DNA from: an uncultured Candidatus Saccharibacteria bacterium
GTDB taxonomy: Bacteria; Patescibacteriota; Saccharimonadia; Saccharimonadales; 2-12-FULL-41-12
Assembly (NCBI GenBank): GCA_964573095.1
Contig: CAZNIK010000001.1
Span: forward strand, 381,159 to 445,158
DNA: 64,000 nt
Direction: 5' to 3'
Positions 11,672 through 19,999 of this stretch are shown here, piece by piece. Positions within the stretch are counted from its first letter, which is position 1. Every line of letters begins with the position of its first letter. The notes below the pieces were generated by a model. The model was not told the origin of the DNA. It ran no database searches and saw only the letters and a program-made list of their open reading frames with translations. The position numbers were made by a program, and so were the translations under genes.

Positions 11672-11702
11672 TTCGAGCCCGCCAGCTCCACCAATAAAAG
11701 TA
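11672..11702 (+). pseudogene. second (displaced or alternative) ssrA 3' end with a canonical TTCGAG T-loop, plus repeat copy 2
   Basis: TTCGAGCCCGCCAGCTCCACCA (CCA ends at 11693) followed by AATAAAAGTA. A weak terminator CCTAC-TAGCAT-GTGGG-G-TTTTTT follows at 11704..11726. Confidence 0.7.
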
Positions 11703-11795
11703 TCCTACTAGCATGTGGGGTTTTTTCTTTGTCAATAGTTGTGTGGGTTTTTGGTTATGCTTGCATGTTGTTAGTAATTGCTTAGAATTAAGCTC

Positions 11796-12062
11796 ATGAC
11801 AGCGAACTTCTCAACTGAGACCGACCACGCAAAGGGCGAAGCTGTGAGCTTATACCCCAAAGAGGGTGTAGAGCTGGAATACAGAGGTAGAGTAAGTCTA
11901 CATATTGGCTCTGTTGTAATTAACAACTGTGTTGAGAAATTAACGACCCACAGTGACGTCTTAGACCTAGTGACCCAAGAGAGCCCCAACAGTCGCCGGG
12001 TCGTGGCCTCGTCAAAAGACACTGAATCTTTGCCCGCGGTACGATCAATTAAGTTGATGTAA
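11796..12062 (+). CDS. hypothetical small protein (weak call)
   Basis: 88-aa ORF from ATG 11796. An equally long mirror ORF lies on the opposite strand, there is no clear SD, and no family is recognised. Confidence 0.25.
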   Translation: MTANFSTETDHAKGEAVSLYPKEGVELEYRGRVSLHIGSVVINNCVEKLTTHSDVLDLVTQESPNSRRVVASSKDTESLPAVRSIKLM

Positions 12063-12134
12063 TAAAGTGGGCGATTAAACAATCAAAACGCTGGTGCTTG
12101 CATTTGTCGGTCGTAGTTTGTAGATTAGAGCTTT

Positions 12135-12584
12135 ATGGAGTTTAAAAAAATCAAGCGCGAGCAAGGATTGGTGCACGAAGTTACCTTCACCGCGGATGAG
12201 TCCAAGATTATTAGTGCAATATATACGGAAGCCATTAACTATCGAATAAAGCACGGAAACACTTCCTCGATAAGCGATCATGACACATGTCTCGCTAGAG
12301 CATACAACAAGCCCAGCGGCATAAAGGGTATCTTCGGCGCATTAGAAAATTTACACAACACTATCCATGAGTTCGTGGAAAGGACTGATTCTGAGTCCGC
12401 TAGCCTCACAGAAGTTGATTCCTCCTACAGAAACCATGACGCCATCGAAAGAATCGAGTATGGCAAGGCTGCCGAGAAGATGTTGGGCGAGCTACAAGAA
12501 CACCTGCAAGCCGAGCGCCAACACCTCCCCCCGCTTCCAGACACGTGGGAGGTGCCAGACCGCCCGCCAAAAGACCTACTCTAA
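12135..12584 (+). CDS. hypothetical protein
   Basis: 149-aa ORF, acidic with a Pro-rich tail (LPPLPDTWEVPDRPP). No recognisable motif. Confidence 0.5.
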   Translation: MEFKKIKREQGLVHEVTFTADESKIISAIYTEAINYRIKHGNTSSISDHDTCLARAYNKPSGIKGIFGALENLHNTIHEFVERTDSESASLTEVDSSYRNHDAIERIEYGKAAEKMLGELQEHLQAERQHLPPLPDTWEVPDRPPKDLL

Positions 12585-12685
12585 ATCACGGCAGCGGCTT
12601 TTTCTGCACCACAAAAAATATTTCAGCTATTGACGAAGTTCGTTTTTGCTTTCACAATACGGCGTAGAAGCGAGAGAAGGAAACC

Positions 12686-13273
12686 ATGAGGAATCAAGAG
12701 TTAATCCCCGGCCACTCAACAGAACAAAGGGTACTGAATATCTTCGACGATGCTGCTCGCGCACTGCATACCATTGCGACGCTAGAAGAGGGGCTTGATC
12801 GAGACCGGCAGGATAATGTTCAAGTCATCCATGATCACATAGCTCACACGGCGCTAAAAAGATACGAGCTTGATGATGTCAGAAAAGACCCAACTGTAAA
12901 AGCTTCGCTTTTGAAGTATTTTACGACCTATCGGGAAAGTACCTTCGAAAGCCAGTGGTTTTTGCATGAGATTGAGCAACGCCAACGAGAACTTGACGAA
13001 CTCTTAGTCGGCGTTCCTGTGGCGGTTCGCCCCAAGGAAGGCGTTGATCCTGCGGCTGTCTTTTCTCCCACCGAAAACATAACTGAATCGCATATTCCCG
13101 AGGTTTTGCATGGTCAGATTACAAAGACAGATACCATTTTGGGCAAACTTACTGTGGCGGCCGAAAACAATCCGTCTGAACTCTTTGACGTCTATATGTA
13201 TGATCAACCCAAAGATTCTCACGATATTGGCGAAGTGCAAGTAGAGCTAGAGCTACTCGGCCAAGATAGCTAA
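12686..13273 (+). CDS. hypothetical protein
   Basis: 195-aa ORF preceded by the SD-like GAGAAGGAAA. No recognisable motif. Confidence 0.55.
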   Translation: MRNQELIPGHSTEQRVLNIFDDAARALHTIATLEEGLDRDRQDNVQVIHDHIAHTALKRYELDDVRKDPTVKASLLKYFTTYRESTFESQWFLHEIEQRQRELDELLVGVPVAVRPKEGVDPAAVFSPTENITESHIPEVLHGQITKTDTILGKLTVAAENNPSELFDVYMYDQPKDSHDIGEVQVELELLGQDS

Positions 13274-13695
13274 CGCTCTAGCGTCGTTCGAATCAGTTCA
13301 AGGGTTTTCGTAATCTTTAGTTGCTGCGTTTCGCTGAGATACTCAAACATCGGCGCATGATAATTATTAAGGTCACGGGCGGCTCGACTGACCATTTCTT
13401 GGCCTTGTTTTGTGAGAAAGATAAAATGCTCTCTGCGATTACTGGCGCTCACTTTTGCAACCACAAGTTTTTTGTCAATCAGCAGCTTTATTTGTCGACT
13501 TATTGAAGCTTGGGTTTGATGAAGCGAGGCTGCGATTTGTTTTTGGGTTTGTCCATCGCGCTCCTCTAGTACCATTAGAACCTTAAACTGGGCAAACCCT
13601 ATTCCCAGGCGCTGCTGAAGAATTTGATTTGAATCAGCTTGTATTAACTGAGCAAGCTCGTGGAGAAGGTAACCAATGCTATGCCGAAAGTCCAT
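13270..13695 (-). CDS. MarR-family transcriptional regulator
   Basis: 141 aa with a winged-HTH region QTQKQIAASLHQTQASISRQIKLLIDKKLVV...NRREHFIFLTKQG. Confidence 0.85.
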   Translation of the reverse strand: MDFRHSIGYLLHELAQLIQADSNQILQQRLGIGFAQFKVLMVLEERDGQTQKQIAASLHQTQASISRQIKLLIDKKLVVAKVSASNRREHFIFLTKQGQEMVSRAARDLNNYHAPMFEYLSETQQLKITKTLELIRTTLER

Positions 13696-13737
13696 AATCT
13701 ACTGATTACTTTACCATAGAGCAAGCTGAAAATAATA

Positions 13738-13759
13738 AATACTTAACATGTTAAGTATT
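13738..13759. promoter_or_regulatory. perfect palindrome AATACTTAACATGTTAAGTATT upstream of the marR gene (candidate operator)
   Basis: 22-bp perfect inverted repeat lying 43-64 bp upstream of the MarR start codon. The same 20-mer recurs at 52636..52655, and with 1 mismatch at 31636..31655. Confidence 0.45.
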
Positions 13760-13775
13760 GAGGCAGGGGAGTGGT

Positions 13776-14576
13776 TTACAGGTTCGAAAACTCGGCTGAA
13801 AGCTTGATCCATTCATCCACCGAAAGTTGCTGGGGACGAATTGCTGGATCAATTGCGGCACTTGATACGAGCAATTTGACTTGTTCTTTTGGCATCGCAA
13901 GCCCCCCCGAAAGAGAGTTAAGAAGAGTTTTGCGCCGATTGGAAAACCCAGCCTTTATCACCCGAAACACTTCCCCGGCTTCCCTATCGTTAAACAAAGG
14001 CAGTTCCCGCCTCACAAGATGGACGATTTGAGAGTCAACCTTGGGTGGCGGTGAGAAAAGTTTGGCTGGAACTATAGATCCATGCGAACACTCAAAATAC
14101 ATCTGGGTGGATACCGACAACAACGACATCTTCCCTGGCTGTGCACAAAGACGCCCCGCGACTTCCTTTTGGACAAGCAGAGTCGCTGAGATCGGTGGGT
14201 TTGGAGTTTCGCAGAGAAGTCGCATTAGGTTACCTGTCAAATAATACGGGATGTTGGCGACAACTTTGTAGTTTTTTGGCAGACTTGATAAGTCAAACTT
14301 GAGAATATCTTGATTGATGAGCCGAAGTCGCTCAACATCTTTGCTGTACATACTACTAGCTTCAGCCTTGAGCTTCTCAAAAATGCTGGTGTCATATTCA
14401 ACGGCTATGACGTGGGCATTGTGTGATAGCAACACCTCAGTGAGCGTACCTAGTCCAGGACCGATCTCCAGCACGTGGTCACCAGGGTTAATCTGTGCCG
14501 TGTCTGCAATATCGTATAGTACGTCTACGTCGTATAGCCAGTGCTGGCCAAGCGATTTTTTGGGATGGATTTGCAT
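13776..14576 (-). CDS. rsmA: 16S rRNA (adenine1518/1519-N6)-dimethyltransferase
   Basis: KKSLGQHWL, SAM motif VLEIGPGLGTLT and NIPYYLT. Start set at MQIHPKK (14576). Confidence 0.9.
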   Translation of the reverse strand: MQIHPKKSLGQHWLYDVDVLYDIADTAQINPGDHVLEIGPGLGTLTEVLLSHNAHVIAVEYDTSIFEKLKAEASSMYSKDVERLRLINQDILKFDLSSLPKNYKVVANIPYYLTGNLMRLLCETPNPPISATLLVQKEVAGRLCAQPGKMSLLSVSTQMYFECSHGSIVPAKLFSPPPKVDSQIVHLVRRELPLFNDREAGEVFRVIKAGFSNRRKTLLNSLSGGLAMPKEQVKLLVSSAAIDPAIRPQQLSVDEWIKLSAEFSNL

Positions 14577-14589
14577 AGTAATTTTAGGG

Positions 14590-15783
14590 TTATCGATAGA
14601 TATCTTGAAGACCCATTTTAATCTTGCACGAAGGCCACGGCTGCCACCCACGCCGCTGGTAGGTTTCCCAGGCTTTTTGATCCTGGACTATGGGCGGTGC
14701 TTGGGCGGCATTTTGATAGCCACCAAAACTATTCCAAGTTCGAACATCAAATTGATACGCGCCGTAGTAGCCATTGCCGGTACTACTTGTGTAGCTGCCC
14801 TCACAGCTTCGCAGTCGTGCGAGCGCGGCTTGAAAGTCGCCATTAAATGTTGCGTCGACATTTGTCGGCTTCGCAGCTCCCCTCGCTACCAACTTTCGGG
14901 TGGGTTGCGACACTATTATTTCTTGCAGGGGTTTCTTGTTGCCGTCTTTCGCCACCTCGTACACAACTACTTTCTTGCCTGGCCTACCTTCTTCTCGAAC
15001 TTTTGTGCTGCCAGTTGGCACCTCGGTGCTGTCGACGTACTCGGTTGGTTGGGCGATTGCTTCCTCGACGGTGCTTATTTGCTTCCCGGGTTCGGTTACA
15101 AACACCACGTCATTAGCTTTTAGTTTTGTTTGGGGGCTCGGCAAAATAGACGCTTGGTCATAAGTAAAGTTTCGCTCGCGCGCAAGGTCAGCAACAGTAT
15201 CGGCTTGAGTACGAACATCGTACATAGCGCCGTAAAGACTCAGCTTTATCGGTAAGGCTCGATCGATAAGCACTTGATCGCCAACCACCCCCGAAGCCAT
15301 TGCCTTGTCCGGCGACGAAATCTGCACCACATCTTCTGGGAAGACAGTTACACCGGCTTTTTTTACAATTGCCTGCGGTTGTCGATCGGCAACTCTTGTC
15401 ACAATCGTTTTTCCGTCTTGGTCAACAATGGTAACGGGCCGAGAGCGATAAATATTTACACTAAAACTATCGCCATAGATTGGTGTGTCTCCCGCTGGTT
15501 CGACAACATCACTTTGGTGCAATTGAATATCTAGCCTGCGCAGCAAATCATTCACATCAACCGCTCTGGTCGGTATGGTTTGCGAAGTGCCGTCAACAGA
15601 CAGTTTTACGCGCTTAGAGTCGGATGGACCCAACGTTTGACCGTTAGTCAGAACTAGCCCTACACACGACACAAAAAAAAGTGTCATAAATGTCACTACC
15701 GGTACCACAAACGGGTGTTTGTGCCACACCGGCAGTCGAAACATTTTGGATTTTCTTGCTAAATTTCTTGACTTCTTTACCAT
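14590..15783 (-). CDS. RpfB-like cell-wall protein (TM - DUF348 repeats - G5 - Rpf/transglycosylase-like domain)
   Basis: N-terminal TM and DUF348-like repeats (VKLSVDGTSQTIPTRAVDVNDLL). G5-like block (EGRPGKKVVVYEV...VSQPTRKLVARG). C-terminal CEGSYTSSTGNGYYGAYQFDVRTWNSFGG Rpf motif. Start set at MVKKSRN (15783). Confidence 0.8.
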   Translation of the reverse strand: MVKKSRNLARKSKMFRLPVWHKHPFVVPVVTFMTLFFVSCVGLVLTNGQTLGPSDSKRVKLSVDGTSQTIPTRAVDVNDLLRRLDIQLHQSDVVEPAGDTPIYGDSFSVNIYRSRPVTIVDQDGKTIVTRVADRQPQAIVKKAGVTVFPEDVVQISSPDKAMASGVVGDQVLIDRALPIKLSLYGAMYDVRTQADTVADLARERNFTYDQASILPSPQTKLKANDVVFVTEPGKQISTVEEAIAQPTEYVDSTEVPTGSTKVREEGRPGKKVVVYEVAKDGNKKPLQEIIVSQPTRKLVARGAAKPTNVDATFNGDFQAALARLRSCEGSYTSSTGNGYYGAYQFDVRTWNSFGGYQNAAQAPPIVQDQKAWETYQRRGWQPWPSCKIKMGLQDIYR

Positions 15784-15882
15784 AGAGTATTGCTTGTCTT
15801 TACAGGAGGCTGGTTGATGACATGGGAGGCTTTCAATTCTGACTCCCAAAAACGAAACAAGCTGTCGAATTATAGCACGCCA

Positions 15883-16347
15883 TCACTTCTCGAAGCAACG
15901 TGCTACGACCATTTTGACGTCGTTTTGAATTCGAAATTTGCTTAGTTTTTTTCGAGGCACCCACTGTGCCCGGGCAATTTCGGGCATGCTAGGAGATGGT
16001 TGCTCCATTGTATCAACGCGAACAACATAGTAGTGGGCGGTAAAACGAATAAGACCGTGTGAAAGCGGCAGCTTGTCAACAAAGCGCACGTGCGCCGGGT
16101 CAACTTTTATTGACGTTTCCTCGTCCAACTCTCTGGTCGCCGTATCGACAAGTTTTTCTTTGCCGTGCATGCCACCACCTGGAACGTCCCAGCTTCCCAG
16201 TCCCAGCCACGGCTTCACCAAAAGTACATTGTCGTTGCACAGCACGATAATCCTTGCACGGTGCGAACCATGCAGATACCACGCCCAGTAAAAATACAGC
16301 ACTATGTATGCGAGCAGACCCGTAAATTCGTACAATCGCTGCTTCAT
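15883..16347 (-). CDS. NUDIX hydrolase
   Basis: Nudix box GGGMHGKEKLVDTATRELDEETSI. ATGA overlap with the pcrA stop. Confidence 0.8.
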   Translation of the reverse strand: MKQRLYEFTGLLAYIVLYFYWAWYLHGSHRARIIVLCNDNVLLVKPWLGLGSWDVPGGGMHGKEKLVDTATRELDEETSIKVDPAHVRFVDKLPLSHGLIRFTAHYYVVRVDTMEQPSPSMPEIARAQWVPRKKLSKFRIQNDVKMVVARCFEK

Positions 16348-18482
16348 AGCTTTTTTAGTGGGGCGAAGGAGATATTTAGTTTCTTTGAACCCTTGCCCTT
16401 AAAGTAAATTGCCGCCGTGTCGCCCTCGATCTCCATAATGACTCCCTCGCCAAATAGCTGGTGATGGACCGCGTCGCCTTCTTCAAGGTCAAGCGCGTAC
16501 CTGGGCTCATTTTGAACAGGCAGAGAACCTTGTGAAACGAATGGCTGACTAAAAGAGCTTGCTTGTTGCTGAAACTCGCTATCGATTTCCGATAAAAACC
16601 GACTTGGCGGATTATGCTGTACCCCTCCGTACAACATCCTTGATGAACTAAACAGCATATAGAGTTCTTCTTTGGCCCGCGTCATCCCCACGTAGCAGAG
16701 TCGTCGCTCTTCTTCCATTTCTGACTGATCATACAAGGCTCTGGAATGCGGCATTATGGTTTCTTCCATGCCCGCCATAAAGACGACCGGAAATTCTAGA
16801 CCCTTTGCTGAATGCAGCGTCATAAGCGTGATCGCGTGCCCACCTTGATCGACCGAATCAACGTCACTCACCAACGCAACTTCTTCTAAAAATCCCTCGA
16901 TGCCCAAATCTTGATACTCTTTTGCGACGCTCAATAATTCTTGGACGTTTTCCTGGCGCGCGTCACCTTGCGGCGTACCATCATTGAGAAACTCTAGGTA
17001 CTCAATTCTTCGAATAAGCGACTCGATGATGCTTACCGGCGGCGCAGTTTCAAGATTCTGGCGCACGTCGAGAATCATGCTGCCAAACTCGTGTAACGAT
17101 TTCTTGGCACGCGGCGTGAGGTTTGGACACTCTTCGACTCGCGCAAGCGCATCAATTAAACGAAGCGACTCTGTTGCTTGCCATGAAAAAAACTGTTGAA
17201 GAGATTTCGTGCCAATACCTCGAGTCGGAACATTAATAATTCGCTCAAAGCTTACTCGGTCCTCTGGCTGAAACAATACGCGGATGTAGGCAATGATGTC
17301 TTTTATTTCCTTGCGGTCGTAGAAGCGCTGGCCACCTACGATTCGGTAAGGAATACCATATTGCAGGCACACTTCTTCAAGGGCACGACTTTGGGCGTTA
17401 GTGCGATACAACACCGCAAAATCGTTATAGTTTCGAGTGCTTGATTCAATAGCCCTCGAAATCCGGCGAGCAATCACTTCGCCCTCATTCCGCTCGTTTC
17501 TGACGGAAACCATCTGAATCGGTAGCCCCGAACCGCTGTCAGTCCATAGTTTTTTGTCAGATCGATTCAGATTCTTGGCAATCACGGCGTGGGCACCATC
17601 AAGAATGTGCTTTGTGCTTCTATAGTTTTGTTCAAGCCTAATTACCGTAGAGCGAGGAAAGTCTTTTTCGAACATTAAGATATTCTGGTAGTTCGCTCCG
17701 CGCCAAGAATAGATACTTTGCCAATCGTCACCCACGACTGCAATATTGCGATCTGGCCCAACCAGCAGTTTTATCAAGCTGTACTGGGCCGCATTGGTGT
17801 CTTGATACTCATCTACCAATATGTAATGAAATTGCTTCTGCCACTTTGCTCGCACTTCTGGGTGTGTTTGTAGCAATCCAACCGTTTTGGCGATTAAGTC
17901 ATCAAAATCAAGCGCGGAGGCGTTTTTGAGCAATGCTTCGTAATGGGGAAAGACCTTGCTGGCGATAGTCTGCAATGGGCCCTGTGCGCTCGCTTGGTAG
18001 TCGTGTGCCGACACCAGCTCGTTTTTTGCGCTACTGATCAATCCCGAGATTTGCCGCGGCAGATAGTCTTTTTCGTTGATATGAAGCTGCTTATAAACTT
18101 GTTTGATTGATGCCAAGCGATCGGCTTCATCAAATATCACGAAATTTGCTGGAACTGCTATATAGGCTCCGTCTTGGCGCAATATTTTCACACAAATGCT
18201 GTGAAACGTGCCCATGAATGGCAAAAAATCTCGGTTGTCTGGGTTTTGTCCAAGCAATGCCGCAAGTCGTTGCCGCATTTCTTTGGCTGCTTTATTGGTA
18301 AACGTAACCGCGAGAATGTTGTACGGTGAGGTTTTTTTATGGGAAATTATGTGGGCAATCCGGTGAGTAAGGGTTTTGGTTTTTCCGCTCCCTGCACCCG
18401 CTTGAATGAGCAAAGGCCCCTCCGTGGTAGTAACCGCCCGCTGTTGTTCGCTGTTGAGGCCTTCTAGGATTGCATCAGACAT
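16344..18482 (-). CDS. pcrA: ATP-dependent DNA helicase PcrA/UvrD
   Basis: 712 aa with SF1 motifs AGAGSGKT, VDEYQDTN, QNYRS and TLHSAKGLEF. Confidence 0.9.
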   Translation of the reverse strand: MSDAILEGLNSEQQRAVTTTEGPLLIQAGAGSGKTKTLTHRIAHIISHKKTSPYNILAVTFTNKAAKEMRQRLAALLGQNPDNRDFLPFMGTFHSICVKILRQDGAYIAVPANFVIFDEADRLASIKQVYKQLHINEKDYLPRQISGLISSAKNELVSAHDYQASAQGPLQTIASKVFPHYEALLKNASALDFDDLIAKTVGLLQTHPEVRAKWQKQFHYILVDEYQDTNAAQYSLIKLLVGPDRNIAVVGDDWQSIYSWRGANYQNILMFEKDFPRSTVIRLEQNYRSTKHILDGAHAVIAKNLNRSDKKLWTDSGSGLPIQMVSVRNERNEGEVIARRISRAIESSTRNYNDFAVLYRTNAQSRALEEVCLQYGIPYRIVGGQRFYDRKEIKDIIAYIRVLFQPEDRVSFERIINVPTRGIGTKSLQQFFSWQATESLRLIDALARVEECPNLTPRAKKSLHEFGSMILDVRQNLETAPPVSIIESLIRRIEYLEFLNDGTPQGDARQENVQELLSVAKEYQDLGIEGFLEEVALVSDVDSVDQGGHAITLMTLHSAKGLEFPVVFMAGMEETIMPHSRALYDQSEMEEERRLCYVGMTRAKEELYMLFSSSRMLYGGVQHNPPSRFLSEIDSEFQQQASSFSQPFVSQGSLPVQNEPRYALDLEEGDAVHHQLFGEGVIMEIEGDTAAIYFKGKGSKKLNISFAPLKKL

Positions 18483-18555
18483 CTATACATTTTAGCAAGC
18501 TTCTTGGCATCATAGGCGTTGTGCTTTAGACCAAAATTTTACTGGTGATATTTTT

Positions 18556-19194
18556 TCAAAGTATGTCAGTGAACGGTTCAAAGCCCGCATCAATCAATTC
18601 CGCATCGGTACCAAAGTTGATCGCCAACGCCATTATCACCAAAAATACCACAAGAAATACTATGGCTCGTCGTCCAGATTTTCGGTGAGCCTCTTCCCCA
18701 ATCGGCACAACATATTTTTTTGAGTCAATTATCTTCTGAACTTCTGCCCGCTGTTTTTTGGCTTCTGTTTCGGCTTTGGCTGCTTCTTTTTTCGAACTTA
18801 CCTCTTGAGCCAGCGCATCGACTGCCCCCGCCTCTCCTCCGTCACTTAGAGGCTCGTCTTCGGTTTTGATCTGATTATCATTTTCTTCTTTGGGATCCTC
18901 GGTTGGAGTATCGTCACTCGAATCCTTGGTTTTCATATCATCACTGATTGGCGCAATCACTTTTTTGTCCATCGCCGCAGACTCACTTAGCTCGTCTTCG
19001 AGCGGTTTGGTCGTTTCTGCATCGGCATCTTTGTCAGTCTCTTTTTGCTTCACCATTGGGTCCTGCGTCATTCCTCCGGGGTGCTGAGTAATAATTGGTC
19101 GTCCTGTGGCAGATGGCGCTGATTCTCCCGGTTTTGCGACATCAAATACTTTTGACTGGTCTGGAGATTCTTTTTTGTTGTTGGTTGATGCCAT
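18556..19194 (-). CDS. hypothetical acidic protein with a C-terminal TM anchor
   Basis: 212 aa. Low-complexity D/E/K-rich N-terminal part, then RRAIVFLVVFLVIMALAINF TM. No family recognised. Confidence 0.5.
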   Translation of the reverse strand: MASTNNKKESPDQSKVFDVAKPGESAPSATGRPIITQHPGGMTQDPMVKQKETDKDADAETTKPLEDELSESAAMDKKVIAPISDDMKTKDSSDDTPTEDPKEENDNQIKTEDEPLSDGGEAGAVDALAQEVSSKKEAAKAETEAKKQRAEVQKIIDSKKYVVPIGEEAHRKSGRRAIVFLVVFLVIMALAINFGTDAELIDAGFEPFTDIL

Positions 19195-19980
19195 TTATTG
19201 TTTTCTTTCTCTATGAAGACGGTACGCCGCATCGACAATTGCAATAAATTTTCGATAATTTAAGCTCGCGTTACCAATCAGCGCACCGTCGCAGCCTTCA
19301 ATCTCAAGATACCCGCGAACGATATGCTCATCTACGCTGCCGCCATATAAAATTCGGACACTTTCGGCAGCATCTGCGCCGTACAGCTCCATGATCTGAT
19401 GACGAATAAAATCCATGCTTTTTTTTACTTCGTGGGGTTTTGCAAGTGTGCCGCCAAAATTACTTATTGCCCACACTGGTTCGTAGGCAACAACGACGCC
19501 ACGGACGTCTTCGGACGTGAGATCGCTTAAGGCGCTCACGATTTGATCGTGCAAGACTTGTTTGGTCTCTCCGTTTCGTCGCTCTTCTCCCGTTTCTCCG
19601 ACACAAAGTAGTGGCGTAATACCGTTTCGTACGCTTGCGGCAACCTTGTCGCGAATCATGTCGAGCGATTCGTTAAAATAAATCCGGCGCTCAGAATGGC
19701 CAATTATCGCGTAATGCACCAGTTCCCTCAGCATTGAAAAAGATACTTCCCCAGTCAGTGCACCTTCGTCGGCGGGATGCGCATTTTGCGCAGCCAACCG
19801 AAACCTTCGACGATCGATCTGCAAACTAAGCGGCTGAATTGCGAGCATACTTGGCGCCAGCACGACTTCAATGTCGCGGTGTCCAGAAATGTGTTTTTGC
19901 AACCGAGCGACGAGCACACTGGATTGTGACACGTTGAGGTGCATTTTCCAGTTTCCAGCTATAAGTGTGCGTTTTATCAT
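19195..19980 (-). CDS. tpiA: triosephosphate isomerase
   Basis: IAGNWKMH, IIGHSERR, AYEPVWAI and GGS motifs. Confidence 0.9.
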   Translation of the reverse strand: MIKRTLIAGNWKMHLNVSQSSVLVARLQKHISGHRDIEVVLAPSMLAIQPLSLQIDRRRFRLAAQNAHPADEGALTGEVSFSMLRELVHYAIIGHSERRIYFNESLDMIRDKVAASVRNGITPLLCVGETGEERRNGETKQVLHDQIVSALSDLTSEDVRGVVVAYEPVWAISNFGGTLAKPHEVKKSMDFIRHQIMELYGADAAESVRILYGGSVDEHIVRGYLEIEGCDGALIGNASLNYRKFIAIVDAAYRLHRERKQ

Positions 19981-19999
19981 GATGCTTTTGCTTATTGTA

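Noticed and set aside
11771-12082. A 103-aa minus-strand ORF mirroring the 11796..12062 + ORF.
   Set aside because: It has no motif and no SD, and it would be transcribed toward ssrA. At most one of the two mirror ORFs can be real, and neither is well supported.
14314-15123. A 269-aa + strand ORF (and neighbouring + ORFs) across the rsmA/rpfB-like region.
   Set aside because: It is antisense to two strongly supported minus-strand genes, and the translation is low-complexity with no motif.
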